A DNA stretch of 64,000 bases, taken from NCBI RefSeq assembly GCF_002113885.1, contig NW_018408783.1, positions 1,378,819 to 1,442,818 on the forward strand, read 5' to 3'. This DNA comes from Mizuhopecten yessoensis (taxonomy: Eukaryota). A model generated the notes under the pieces. It saw only the letters and a program-made list of their open reading frames with translations, was not told the DNA's origin and did no database searches. This document shows positions 14,293 to 26,953 of the stretch, in pieces (the first letter of the stretch is position 1; each line of letters starts with the position of its first letter). Made by a program: the position numbers and the translations under genes.

Positions 14293-15535
14293 ACAAAATT
14301 AATACCTCGTATGTCCACCGTTAGCCAGAATGCAAGCCTGGCAACGTCGACGCTTTTAGCCTATCAAACGGTTCAAGAATGTTTGTGGGATGGCATTCAA
14401 GATCTGTACCAACGCTGCAGCCAAATCAGCCAACGTCATCGGTTAAGGTAATGCCCGTCATCTGCGCTTCATTTCATCCCAGACGTGTTCATTAGGCCAC
14501 AGATCGTGGGATACAGCAGGCCAGTGCAACACGTCAACGTTCTGCTGGGCCAGAAAGTCCATAGCGATACGAGCTGTGTGTGGCCTTGCGTTGTCCTGCT
14601 GTCGCGTAATGTGACGTTGCTGTCCTTGCACGAATGGAACGATGTGGGTCCGGAGGATTTCGTCACGGTAACGTAACGCGTTCAAATTCCCGTTAACAAC
14701 CACCAGAAGCGACGTTCTCTCGTTGGCTGTGATGCCGCCCCAAATCATAACGCTGCCTCCGCCGAAAGAACGTCGTTTTATCACACAAGCGTCACTAAAA
14801 CGTTCTCCAACGCGACGATACACTCTGCAACGGCAGTCACTTCTATCCAGATGGACTCGCGACTCGTTCGTAAACATAATGCCTGCCCAATCCCGTCGAG
14901 TAAATCGCAGATACCTTCTGCACCAGCCCAGACGTGATGCACGATGGCGTGGCAGAAGAACTGGGCGGATTGCAGCACGTCGCGGATGGATAGCTCGTTC
15001 ACGCAACCGGTTCCGTACAGTTCTCGGGCTTATTGGTAGCAACACAGGGATTGTCCGTGCAGTCAAAACTTGCCGTTTGGAAGCGATTTCTCAAATGGAC
15101 AAGCCGACTATGGTTGTCCTGTTGACTTGACGTCACACGTGGACGTCCCGCACGGGGTCGATCGCCTACGTGGCCAAACTGTTGATGTCGTCCACAAATC
15201 CCGGATTGTGTTTCGATGGACATGAAAACGTGAACGGCTTTGCACATACCAGCTTGAAGCATTCCAATAATCCGGAGGCGGTAATTTCATTGAGTCTGGC
15301 ATAGCATTAATCACAAATTAAAACGTTATAATGCTATTTTTACTGTTCACTGGTCTCAACCGAGTGACCCAATAGTTGAAAAATAAACTTTCATCGTCGA
15401 ATTGGATGGCTGGACGAGAAAAACGTGCAAACTGGTCAACGCCAATAGAGAGCAAACTGCGCGGGCAAAAACTGTCAATGACACACGGATAGTGTGTATG
15501 TGTCATACTCGGTAATGTGTGTTAATTTGCATGTA
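14293..15535 (-). mobile_element. Tc1/mariner (DD34E) transposase pseudogene lacking terminal inverted repeats
   Basis: Motifs R.GRPRVTS, FTNESR (catalytic D>N), GGGSVMIWGGI, QQDNARPH...34 aa...PNEHVW. Frameshifted. Highly similar to 34055-35197. Absent from the equivalent site of copy B (~29503). Confidence 0.9.
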
Positions 15536-16459
15536 CAACTCTTGATATAAAACTGATATGTGCCCCATTCAGACATCGAGTCGGTCAGTTTTGGTTCAGT
15601 TTGGTTTTGTTTGTTTAATTGAGTTTAGAGTCATATTAACAGCTAGTGTCAATCAAGTGAAGCGCTTCCATGTGTGAAATGTATGCGTTGTAATGGGGGT
15701 ATGTTGCTGGTGTAGATATCTCATTGTAATAGCGTGGATTGAATGCCGATTTTAGAGTGCTACCTTGTTAAAATACCATGCCTCAGGTACGTAGCACAAA
15801 CGTCAAAATAGTCGTATTCTACTAACAACGAGTACATCAGTCAATATCGCTATCAATGCAAAGCTAGCATCAAACGCAGACCAGTAAATGCCAATTGCAA
15901 AGACTTGCAAAGGTTTGGTTTGGCCAATTAAAGGAACCAATCACCCCCTCTCTTGGCCAAGTGTAGGGTTTTCAAGAAAGGCGTTAGGGATAAAACGGGA
16001 AATAGATAGAAAAGAAAATATATAAAAAAATACGATTCACACAGCAGTCTCATTATGGTCTCTGCTGTGTCATCAACGAGAAGGTTCAATTGCAGTATTA
16101 CTGAATATATTGATATTAAAACTTGCAAAAGTCTTAAAACGCAAATTAAAATATCAATGTACTCGTTAACTAATCATGTATTCACTGATAAATCACCTGA
16201 CTGTCAAACTTGAATTCTTCGAGCATATTCACTGAGAGGACTTTGCTCTATCAAAAGACTTATTCTTCTTTAATTTATTCGTCATTTATTCATACTTAAA
16301 TCTGTTATTAAAGCTAAAGAATTACTTTTATTATGTTATACAATGTATGTATTCATGTATATCAATTTAACAAACGTCAACGAAAAACTCGCATAAACAA
16401 ATGTCAATACAATTATTTCGAGTTTGTAAAACTCACTACTGTTACTTGCTGTTCACAGA

Positions 16460-16853
16460 AAGTTTGTTGTTGCAAGTATCATTTTACTTTTTATACTTTA
16501 GTAACTGATTTATGTTTTCTAACGCCTGTTTTGGGTGCCTGGTGTAGCGTATGTTGGTAGCCTTTTGAAGTTTGTTGTTGCGAGTATCATTTTACTTTTT
16601 ATACTTTAGTAACTGATTTATGTTTTCTAACGCCTGTTTTGGGTGCCTGGTGAAGCGTATGTTGGTAGCCTTTTGAAGTTTGTTGTTGCGAGTATCTTTT
16701 TACTTTCTATACTTTAGTAACTGATTTATGTTTTCTAACGCCTAATTTGGGTGCCTGGTGAAGCGTATGTTGGTAGCCTTTTGAAGTTTGTTGTTGCGAG
16801 TATCTTTTTACTTTTTTATAGTTTAGTAACTGATTTATGTTTTCTAACGCCTG
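16460..16853. repeat. 108-bp tandem repeat, ~3.6 copies
   Basis: GTTTGTTGTTGC starts at 16462, 16570, 16678 and 16786. Copy B has a single unit (~30850-30957). Confidence 0.92.
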
Positions 16854-18700
16854 CTTGGTCTCTGTAGCTTCTTTTGAAAGCCTCTTGTTCTCTGTAGCTT
16901 CTTTTTATAGCCTCTTAGTCTCTTTAGCTTCTTTTGATATCTGCTTGGTCTCTGTAGCTTCTTTTGATAGCCTCTTAGTCTCTCTGTAGTTTCTGTTGAT
17001 ATCCTCTTAGTCTCTGTAGCTTCTTTTGATAGCCTCTTGGCCTCTGTAGCTTCTTTTGATAGCCTGTTAGTCTCTGTAGCTTATTGTGATATTCTCTTAG
17101 TCTCTCTGTAGTTTCTTTTGATATCCTCTTAGTCTCTCTGTAGCTTCTTTTTATAGCCTCTTAGTCTCTTTAGCTTCTTTTGATATCTGCTTGGTCTCTG
17201 TAGCTTCTTTTGATAGCCTCTTAGTCTCTCTGTAGTTTCTGTTGATATCCTCTTAGTCTCTGTAGCTTCTTTTGATAGCCTCTTGGCCTCTGTAGCTTCT
17301 TTTGATAGCCTGTTAGTCTCGGTAGCTTATTGTGATATTCTCTTCGTCTCTCTTTAGTTTCTTTTGATAGCCCCTTAGTCTCTCTGAAGTTTCTTTTGAT
17401 AGCCTCTTAGTCTCTCTGTAGCTTCTGTTGATAACCTCTTAGTCTCTGTAGCTTCTTTTGATATCCTCTTGGTCTCTGTAGCTTCTTTTGATAGCCTCTT
17501 AGTCTCTGTAGCTTCTTTTGATATCCTATTGGTCTCTGTAGCTTCTTTTGATGGACTCTTAGCCTTTGTAGCTTCTTTTGATAGCCTCTTGGTCTCTCTG
17601 TAGTTTCGTTTGATTTTCTCTTAGTCTCTGTAGCTTCTTTTGATAGCCTCTTGGCCTCTGTAGCTTCTTTTGATAGCTTCTTAGTCTCTCTGTAGCTTCT
17701 GTTGATAACCTCTTAGTCTCTGTAGCTTATTGTGATATCCTCTTATTCTCTTTGTAGTTTCTTTTGATAGCCTCTTGGTCTCTCTGTAGCTTCTTTTGAT
17801 ATCCTCTTGGTCTCTGTAGCTTCTTTTGCTGGACTCTTAGCCTTTGTAGCTTCTTTTGATAGCCTCTTAGTCTCTCTGTAGTTTCGTTTGATTTTCTCTT
17901 AGTCTCTGTAGCTTCTTTTAATATCCTCTTGGCCTCTGTAGCTTCTTTTGATAGCTTCTTAGTCTTTCTGTAGCTTCTGTTGATAACCTTTTAGTCTCTG
18001 TAGTTTATTGTGATATCCTCTTATTCTCTCTGTAGTTTCTTTTGATAGCCCCTTAGTCTCACTGAAGTTTCTTTTGATAGCCTCTTAGTCTCTATGTAGC
18101 TTCTGTTGATAACCTCTTAGTCTCTGTAGCTTCTTTTGAAAGCCTCTTGGTCTCTCTGTAGCTTCTTTTGATATCCTCTTGGTCTCTGTAGCTTCTTTTG
18201 CTGGACTCTTAGCCTTTGTAGCTTCTTTTGATAGCCTCTTAGTCTCTCTGTAGCTTCTGTTGATAGCCTTTTAGTCTATGTAGCTTCTTTTGGTAGCCTC
18301 TTAGCCTCTGTAGCTTCTTTTGATGGCCTTTTAGTCTCTGTAGCTTATTGTGATATCCTCTTATTCTCTCTGTAGTTTCTTTTGATAACCCCTTAGTCTC
18401 ACTGAAGTTTCTTTTGATAGCCTCTTAATCTCTGTAGCTTCTTTTGGTAGCCCCTTAGTCTCTGTAGCTTGTTTTGATAGTCTCTTAGTCTCTGTAGCTT
18501 CTTTTGGTAGACTTTTAGTCTCGCTGTAGCTTATATTGATAGCCTTCTAGTCTCTGTAGCTTCTTTTTATAGCCTCTTAGTCTCTTTAGCTTCTTTTGAT
18601 ATCTGCTTGGTCTCTGTAGCTTCTTTTGATAGTCTCTTAGTCTCTGTAGATTCTTTCGATAGCCTCTTAGTCTCTGTAGCTTCTTTTGATAGGCTCCTTT
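16853..18700. repeat. 30/32-bp minisatellite (TAGCCTCTTAGTCTC[TC]TGTAGCTTCTTTTGA)
   Basis: Direct tandem repetition with variable CT insertions; paralogous array at 31070-32470. Confidence 0.95.
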
Positions 18701-19339
18701 AACTTTTGTTAGCATCCTCATGAAGCTTGCTTTCGTAACCTCTTGTGTCCTTGTTTGTATAAGCTCTGTATATATTCTTTGACATAGCTTGTTTTGATAG
18801 CCAATAGAGCTTGTTTTCCTAGCGTTATAGAGTTTTGTTTCGGTGTAGCTTTGTTCGATAACATAATGCAATTTTGTTTTATTAGCCAGTCATAGTTTTC
18901 TTTGGGTAGCCTCTGTGATGTGTTCTGGTCTTGATTTCAGCATACGTTTGTAATGATAATTCACATAAAAAAAGGAGTCAAAAATAGATCACTACCTGTT
19001 TTATGAACCATATTATGTACTCGTATCTTGCCGTTGTGGTAACTTATTAAATAATAATATGCATAATTTAAATAAGTTGAGGTTCGTTAATTCCCTGAAA
19101 GTGTTGTTGTCTCAGTAACCAGTGTTGTATATGGAGGACATGATTGCGTTTTTCCAGTTATATATTTTTTTGTAGGTGTCGCTGTCATACTTATATCATA
19201 CATTTTTTATAACGTTCGTAAAAATACATAAACTTGTTTATTGCAATGAAATATGGATTTTTTTCTATTTGGAATATTTTTGTAGAACTAGAGTATTTTT
19301 TTATGAGTGGTCTACCTTTTTAGACCACCAAGTTACCAG

Positions 19340-20495
19340 TTCTCTGTGCTACTAGATCCCAGGGGTCTGATTCAACATGTGGCTGAAGCTACACACACCC
19401 AAAGCTACACACTGGATGTGGTCATAACAAGGGACGATAACTCAGTCATTCTTGAAGTCATTTCAGGGATTGATCCATGTCTAAGTGATGTAAAGGGGAA
19501 CCAATCTGGTGATTATCTTGCTGTCCACGCAACACTGAATTGTAGTAAGCCAGATCATGCAAGGAAATAAGTTAGCTTCCGGAAATTCCGCGAAATGTCA
19601 TTACCAGATTTCAACAATGACATTGAGTCTTCTCCGCCCTTCAATCTACTAAAGGCGGGGTTGATGATCTCGTTGAAGCATACACATCTGGTATAGAAGC
19701 CTTTATAGAGGAACACGCACCACTTCAGAATAAGGTGATTACTGTTAGACCCAATGCCCCTCTGTATAATAAAAATCTCCGCGTAGAAAAACAATACCGT
19801 AGACAAGAAGAGAACCGTTGCGAAGGAACAAATTAAACGGTCACCACCAAATTTATGGGGAACAATGTCGGCTAGTTGGTTCTTCATTCAGTCAAAGAAG
19901 ACTTATAATTAAAAAAAAATCGAAGAATGTGGTAATGACCATAGACAGCTTTTTAGACTCACCAAAAACCCTATGGATCAGAAAGGTGAAATTATCTTAC
20001 CAAGCTGTAATTCTGAAAAAGACAAGGTCAGTGATTACTTTCTGAATAAAATCAGCTCGATCAAGAAAAAAATATTCCGAAGTGAACTCTACTGCTGACA
20101 ATGATATCTCTGTCATGACTGCCGACATTAAATTTGATGGGGAACCATTGACAAAGCTCTACTCCACAACCGCGGAAGAGTTGTGCAATATCATCATGAC
20201 AATCGAAATCCTGTGTGCTTGATCCACTGCCTTCAGACCTATTAAAGCAATTTCTTGAAGAACTGCTTCCTTTGATTACCTCAATCATGAACAAATCATT
20301 GGTTAAGTCAAAGGTTCCATTGTGTAGAAGGCACATGTAATGCCATTTTTGTAGAAGCCTGGAATAAACAAGGAGGCGTTGAAGAACTACCACCAAGTAT
20401 CAACTCTGCCTCTCTGTTTAGAGGTTCATCTCTATGAAAACAGTCTCCATGACAATCTGCATTCGGCCTACCGCATGGGACACTCTACTGAGTCC
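19340..20495 (+). mobile_element. Degenerate CR1/L2-group LINE fragment (end of APE endonuclease through N-terminal RT)
   Basis: QHVAEATHTQSYTLDVVIT (the TH..G.TLD.V endonuclease C-terminal motif), then LDPLPS.LLK, IMNKSL and KPG.NKEALKNY RT-proximal motifs, with stops and frameshifts. Confidence 0.75.
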
Positions 20496-21391
20496 ATCTA
20501 ATCACTTTAAACTGCTACCCGAATAATTAGAACAAGGTGTAATATATCGTCAATACACCAGACTTTATCTAAACTCGAAGACGACAATCGTTATTTCAAA
20601 TCTACACAACCTGTTGCTAGGTCTACGCAGAGTTTTTCATTAAAACTTCACACAATCAAATTGCATGTATTGCGCAGCTGTTACAGTAATGCTCTCGCGG
20701 ATATGAAAGATCATGTAAACAGTAAAATATCCACACTACAAAAAGAGGAGAGAGTATTTACTATTGGCTTTGAAACACAACTATAATTATAAGGTGAGTT
20801 TTATCGTTGATTTATGTTCATTTCTGTTGTATGCCTTGAGGCAAATAGTCTAAAATGCTAGAATCAAGCGGAATTAGGAAACCTGGAAATGTCGTTTTCA
20901 AATGTTAGGGTCATGATTATGGTTATCAAAAAAAAATCATTAACTGTTACCAATTAATTGTTAACCATTAATGAATGCAATGATATGAGAATTAAACAAT
21001 ATAATGTTCATGTAGTTAAAACATATGTAGAGAATCAGTATAATTTGGAGCCAAACCCTTTCTTGACAGCCTAACGGTCGCTGTAATACTGTGTAACACG
21101 CATTGTGAAATTGTATAATCTTGATTATTGTGATGAGAAATCACAGATATATACACAGTTTACATTATCGCATACAAGCCTTCCGTATTTTTGTCATTCC
21201 GTAATTTTGATCTACAAATGATACCAAATCGCACAGTTGTGCGGAGAAAAGCGCACAACGGGGCGAACGATTGCTAAATCGCACAGTTGTGCGCACCATG
21301 TGTGGACGATGTGCGGACGGTGTGTGAACGATGTATGCACGGTGTGCGCACGCTATTTTTGGTGCGTTGTGCGGTCCCACAACTGTATATC

Positions 21392-21587
21392 TTATTAATC
21401 TGACATTTACAATGTATAGCTTATTAATCTGACATTTACAATGTATAGCTTATTAATCTGACATTTAACATGTATAGCTTATTAATCTGACATTTAAAAT
21501 GTATAGCTTATTAAAAGTGACATTCAAAATGTATAGCTTATTAATCTGACATTTAAGGTGTATAGCTTATTAATCTGACATTTAAAA
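21392..21587. repeat. 29-bp tandem repeat (TTATTAATCTGACATTTAMAATGTATAGC), ~7 units
   Basis: Direct repetition; single unit at the paralogous position ~37766-37793. Confidence 0.92.
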
Positions 21588-24500
21588 TTTTGTAAAAAAT
21601 GTATTGAACAAACATGCGACTCACATGGCATTCTCCCAAAGTTATTTATAGCAATATTCCAGTTGCGAGTTAAATGCTATAATAGTGGAGAGCTCCATAA
21701 GTAAATCAACTTTAGTCAATCGTAGTTTATATGTAACAATTAAAATGGTCCAATTAAGATTTGTTTCCCCTTTTATGGGGTCATTTCAAACAAGAAATCT
21801 CTTTACAAGGTGGAATAAAACAATTATAGATATGAAAGCATGACATTTTACAGAGTTTGTTTAATCAATATGGTCATAGGTCATGACTCCTGGTGTTTAT
21901 GAAACATAAACTGACACAAATAAAGTACAGGGTTATAAGTCGAAGCCATACTTATCGCCAACAGTTTAACGATAGATATTATATCAGTTTGTAGTAGGTT
22001 CACCCTGAGTGGAACATACACGAATACGATCAATGCAAACAGCCCATACATATCTAAAGGGTTGATAATGTATATCAGGAGAAATCAAGAAACACTTACT
22101 ATCGGAAAGCATTGGTTTTGCTAAGAGGTGTTATAAATATTTTCACTTGGAGACAACGCTGAGGATGATATAGTATATGAGTGCTACTCCAAAAAGACCT
22201 TATAACTAAACAGCCACCATTCAGAGCCGAGCTGCGCCAAAAGGAGGTAGCTTTCTCAATTATCATTATATGTCTGTCTGGTATGTGTATGGGGTTTAAA
22301 AATAACGTCCTTGCAACAGCTAAGGTCATTTGAAGACATGTGCCAAGAGAGACAGGAGAGAGTAGGTAAGATAGAAAACAACATATGTTGATCCCCAGGA
22401 TTTTTATTGGCGCAACAGGTCGATTTCGGTGTTGTCAAGGTACTGTTAGTAACCGGTAGAGAAGAAACACCTTGTTGTCAGTTCCTGTTAGTAACCGGTA
22501 CAGAAGAAACACCTTGTTGTCAGTTCGTGTTTGTGTGTGTGACACAATAGTCTCGTCGTACGACATGAAGTGAGATACAGCAGGTGTTTTCGTTACCTTA
22601 TCGAGGAAGCGTCTCTGTTACCTTGGTTATTAACGATTAACGGATGAATAGCTATTTTATTATATATATCATAAAATGCATATCATTTTACTCATACTTT
22701 ATTTCGCAATAGCATATTTATTTACGTTACAAAGAAATCGGCAACAGCAGCAACATCAGTTGAACTTTCTAAAATGAAATTTCCATCTAATAGAACTTTT
22801 GTAGAAAAATGTATTCTATTGTCGTTTATATATTTAATTTTATTGTTACTAATAAAGTCCAAATATCATGTCATTAATTAAACATTTCAAACTGCACATT
22901 TGTTTTTAATATAAAGAAGCATTTTAGGTTAGTCGGCAACATTTGACTATTTCAATAATTTCAATTATATATATATTTAAAGTCCGCGTGCTAGTTATAT
23001 TTGAAATGCATACTATTTATGTTTGTTTATATATGTTTTATGAGAATAAGTGACAACAAGACCTAGTCGTATATCACACCATTAACACAATAACATATTG
23101 TAAACCAAAGACTACATTAGCAAAAAGTAAAAATGTTGTTCACTCCTTTTGCTAAATAGTGAGAAAATCATTCATAGTAATTGCAAAACAATATCAGAAA
23201 ACGAATAGATATGAGAAACCTGTAGAAAACCATCATTAATATAATAGTCAGTAACGATATACAAATGAGAGCTATCCTCTGTTTAGTAGAATCATTCAAT
23301 TCTTTTTCACTCTTTTTTCCTATCAGTAGGATAACACTGGCATTCCTTATTTTGTTACATAGCACAAGTGATTACCTACGTTATTACCACACGCAGGGTG
23401 TCAATGATATTTTCGTACGTGCCGTAAAGAATTGGATGATATATCTAATTTCTCGCTACCCCAATGGGTCCCTTTACATTAACAATCTTCCTGTTCAAAT
23501 TTTGACACGCTTCTCCTGTTTAACAGTAGTTAACACTACTTCATAGGTGAAGTGACGTTATAGATCTTGTTCAATTAAAAATGAAGTGACGTTATAGATC
23601 TTTTTCAATTAAAAATGAAAACACGTTAATTGTGTAAATGTTACCTCTGACCCGTCGAAAATATTGTTGCAGTAATTGTATGTTGTGTTGACTTCTGCTC
23701 TCATGACATCTTGTGAAATCGCTTATGCATGATGATAAAGTAAACATGGATTAAACTCTGCACCTTTTGAGATAAGAACCAGTCGTGAAAAAAGGCTTTG
23801 CACGATTATACTGGACACAAATATTAGTCAATGGAGTTTTATATCTTTTAATACCAATATGCATTTCATATTTATTTATTAACTTCAATTTTAGCAGTAT
23901 TTTTTTTCGGCAGTTAACGGAACGGTAACTTAAACAACATGTACTAGTCAAAAAATTTGAATTATTGCTAAAAGTTGTCAGTTACATATGTTAACTCTCT
24001 CACGAAAATACGGGGGAATAGGGAATGTATCCTTAGCTGAATTATACTGTCCAGCCAACCTGAAATGGGGTATATTCTTCGTTTTTAAATTGATAATAGG
24101 TATATGTTACATGCACCAGCGAGGGTAATAATTTGATCTTTCGTACGAAAGCACACTGCTAGTTATGCATTTCCTCTCCTAAACGGGTGTAGGCAGGGTA
24201 TGTTCCTTTACGATGTCACGGTCAGAAAATGGACAAAAACTAATGCTCATGCGATGTTTATTTCATTTAGATAATTTTAATTTGCGGTTGTATTTTAAGA
24301 GTTGCTTATTTTCTCGCAGGCGCTAACATTTAATGACGTTATATTTAACGTATAAGCCATTACGGAATCCAATATTTTGAAATTAAAGCATTTGCTTATT
24401 TAGTCCCTAGTCGGACATTAGAAAACAAAAATGCAGTTCCAAAACGGAGGTCACCAGATGCATCTACAGTATGTATGTGAGATTAACATAAACTTACTCT

Positions 24501-26953
24501 ATTACTCTGTTAAATCTATCATATATAAAGCGGAATGGTTAAGAGCCTTCAGACCGAAGACCGTTTTAGATGTAAACAGCTGACATTTCGATTTTGCGTT
24601 ACTGGGTTAAAGCTAGTTCCAAAAAAAGGCAGACGTAATTTTACAAGATGTTTCAAGTATTTTGCTGAAACACACAACCACAAATCGTTGTCGATGCGAT
24701 CCAGTATCCGTCTCAGGTAAATAGAATATTCAGTAAAATACTGACATATAAAACTAAAAAGTGATTCCCTGATATATACTCTGATAAGACTGTGTATTTA
24801 TTGTGACGAGATCATCACCATCTGCTGTCATCTCGTCCTCATACAGTCCATAGTGGTGAGTCTATAGGTGAGTAATAAACTGCTTTTTATTTTATTATAT
24901 TTTATATTCAGTAGATTTTAAGACAGCATGCATTTTTAAAAAGTTTTCACGATCTGACGAAACATCATTTAAAACTAATAACGTAAGGTAGATAATTTTC
25001 TCTCATTTCCCTGTGTGTAAAATAGAGCTGTCCAGGGTAAGAAAAAGGAAAACGTGACGTGATGTTATAATGGCTCAACAATAACGAGACGTCACGACGT
25101 GATGAAATTAAAACATTTTACAATATATTTACCGTACAAATTAGAACGATAAGATTAACTTTTCAGTACAAACAGAGGAAATATAGGGTATGCTTAATCT
25201 GGCTGACTGATTCGTTTTCGTTCAGGGGAAAATTGATATTTTCAAAATGGTAGTCAGTCCAAACGCATTTTCAGTTTTTTTGGCTTTTTAGTGTAGTTGG
25301 AATGAGAGAAAAAAAAAAAATCTCATGCCCAACGGTGTAAAATCGGTAAATTCCACCCTCGGGATTTTTCAAATTTGGCAAAACCCTCGGCAAAGCCTCG
25401 GGTTTGACCAGATTTGAAAACACCATCTGTGGAAGTTCCCTGTCATACACCCGTGGGAGTGTAGTAACGTGTGCTTAAAAAAACTGAAGATCGTTTCGGC
25501 GTAAAATGCTCATGTAAAGATAAAATGTTTTATTAAATTGTTGATATTTTGTTATATATGGATTGAACGTTTTTGTTTTCAATTTTCATGCCGGTATGAA
25601 CACAAATCAGTTACAAACATATTGCGTGAAGCCTGCTAGGGTTTCATGTTTGATATGGATATAACCGATTTGCGTTCATACCGGTATGAAAATTAAAACA
25701 ATGCCGTTCAATGTATATATTTAAAAAAAAATCTATAGAAAATATTGTTCCCTTTTATTTATTTATTCTTAAATCATTTATTTATTTACTGCGTTTCGTT
25801 TATGCGTCGTGCTTTAAACGACATTGGCGCAACAGCCCTATTAAACTAAATTGGGGCCAATAATTAACCGTAGTCATTTAAGTGTTTGACACAGGGGCAT
25901 TCTCCATGTTACCAGAAGCGAAGCGACAAGACTCTCACTGAATAAGATTAATCTATAGCGTCATAAGTAAACCACGTGTCACGTAACGAGAGTTTGTGCT
26001 TTCAAACTCAAATGAAATGCATTTCTACTGGTAATGTTCATATAGAGGGTTGCAGCGCAAATGCATATACAAATATATAATGTCCAGATTGAGGTGTGCA
26101 CATTTTCTCCCATGCTTCGCATTCCCGATAAACATGTCTTACTGGACTCTTAAGACGACTTAGGAACAAAGCTTCCCGTGTCTGTTACTACAACGCTTGA
26201 TAGAATACTGATATGTGCCCAATTCAAACATCGAGTCGGTCAGTTTTAGTTCAGTTTGGTTTTGTTTGTTTAATTGAATTTAGAGTCATATTAACAGCTA
26301 GGGTCAATTAAGTGAAGCGCTTCCATGTGTGAAATGTATGCGGTGTAATGGGGGTATGTTGCTGGTGTATTTATCTCCTTGTAATAGTGTGGATTGAAGG
26401 TTAATCTATAGCGTCATAAGTAAACCACGTGTCACGTCACGAGAGTTTTTGCTTTCAAACTCAAATGAAATGCATTTCTACTGGAAATGTTCATATAAAG
26501 GGTTGCAGCGCAAATGCAAATACAGATATATAATGTCCAGATTGAGGTGTGCACATTTGCTCCCATGCTTCGCATTCCCGATATACATGTCTTACTGGAC
26601 TCTTAGGACGACTTCCCTCCACACTTTTGAAAACTTTCCATTGCGTTAACTTTGTATGTAGCAGAACTAGCGCATCGTCATGCGCTCTTGGTGATGAACC
26701 GAAGCGTTGGGTTCACCATTGCAACACTTCTCAATCACTTCTTTTTAAAGCAGACAGATGAATCTCAACTCTTGGGCTAAGATAAACACATGGTAAAACA
26801 TCACGTTTTGCTTGAAACATTCTTACCCGTGTTTCTGATTACTTTTTCTACATCATAAACGCTCGATATATTCTATAACATTGTACATGCAATGTGAAAC
26901 CGGCTTGTGCTAATGAGATATGGTTTCCTTAAACAGTGTCACACAACGGGGAA

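Larger units (their letters stand above)
6980..19160 (+). repeat. Segmental duplication unit, copy A (contains MFS pseudogene A)
   Basis: Collinear similarity to 36730-57920 (from GCATGT.AGTAC...TTATAAACTCGTT) and to 21390-32655, including introns and intergenic DNA. Boundaries approximate. Confidence 0.85.

Noticed and set aside
18515-18871. 118-aa minus-strand ORF with YQKKLQRLRG repeats
   Set aside because: Reverse translation of the 30-bp minisatellite edge.
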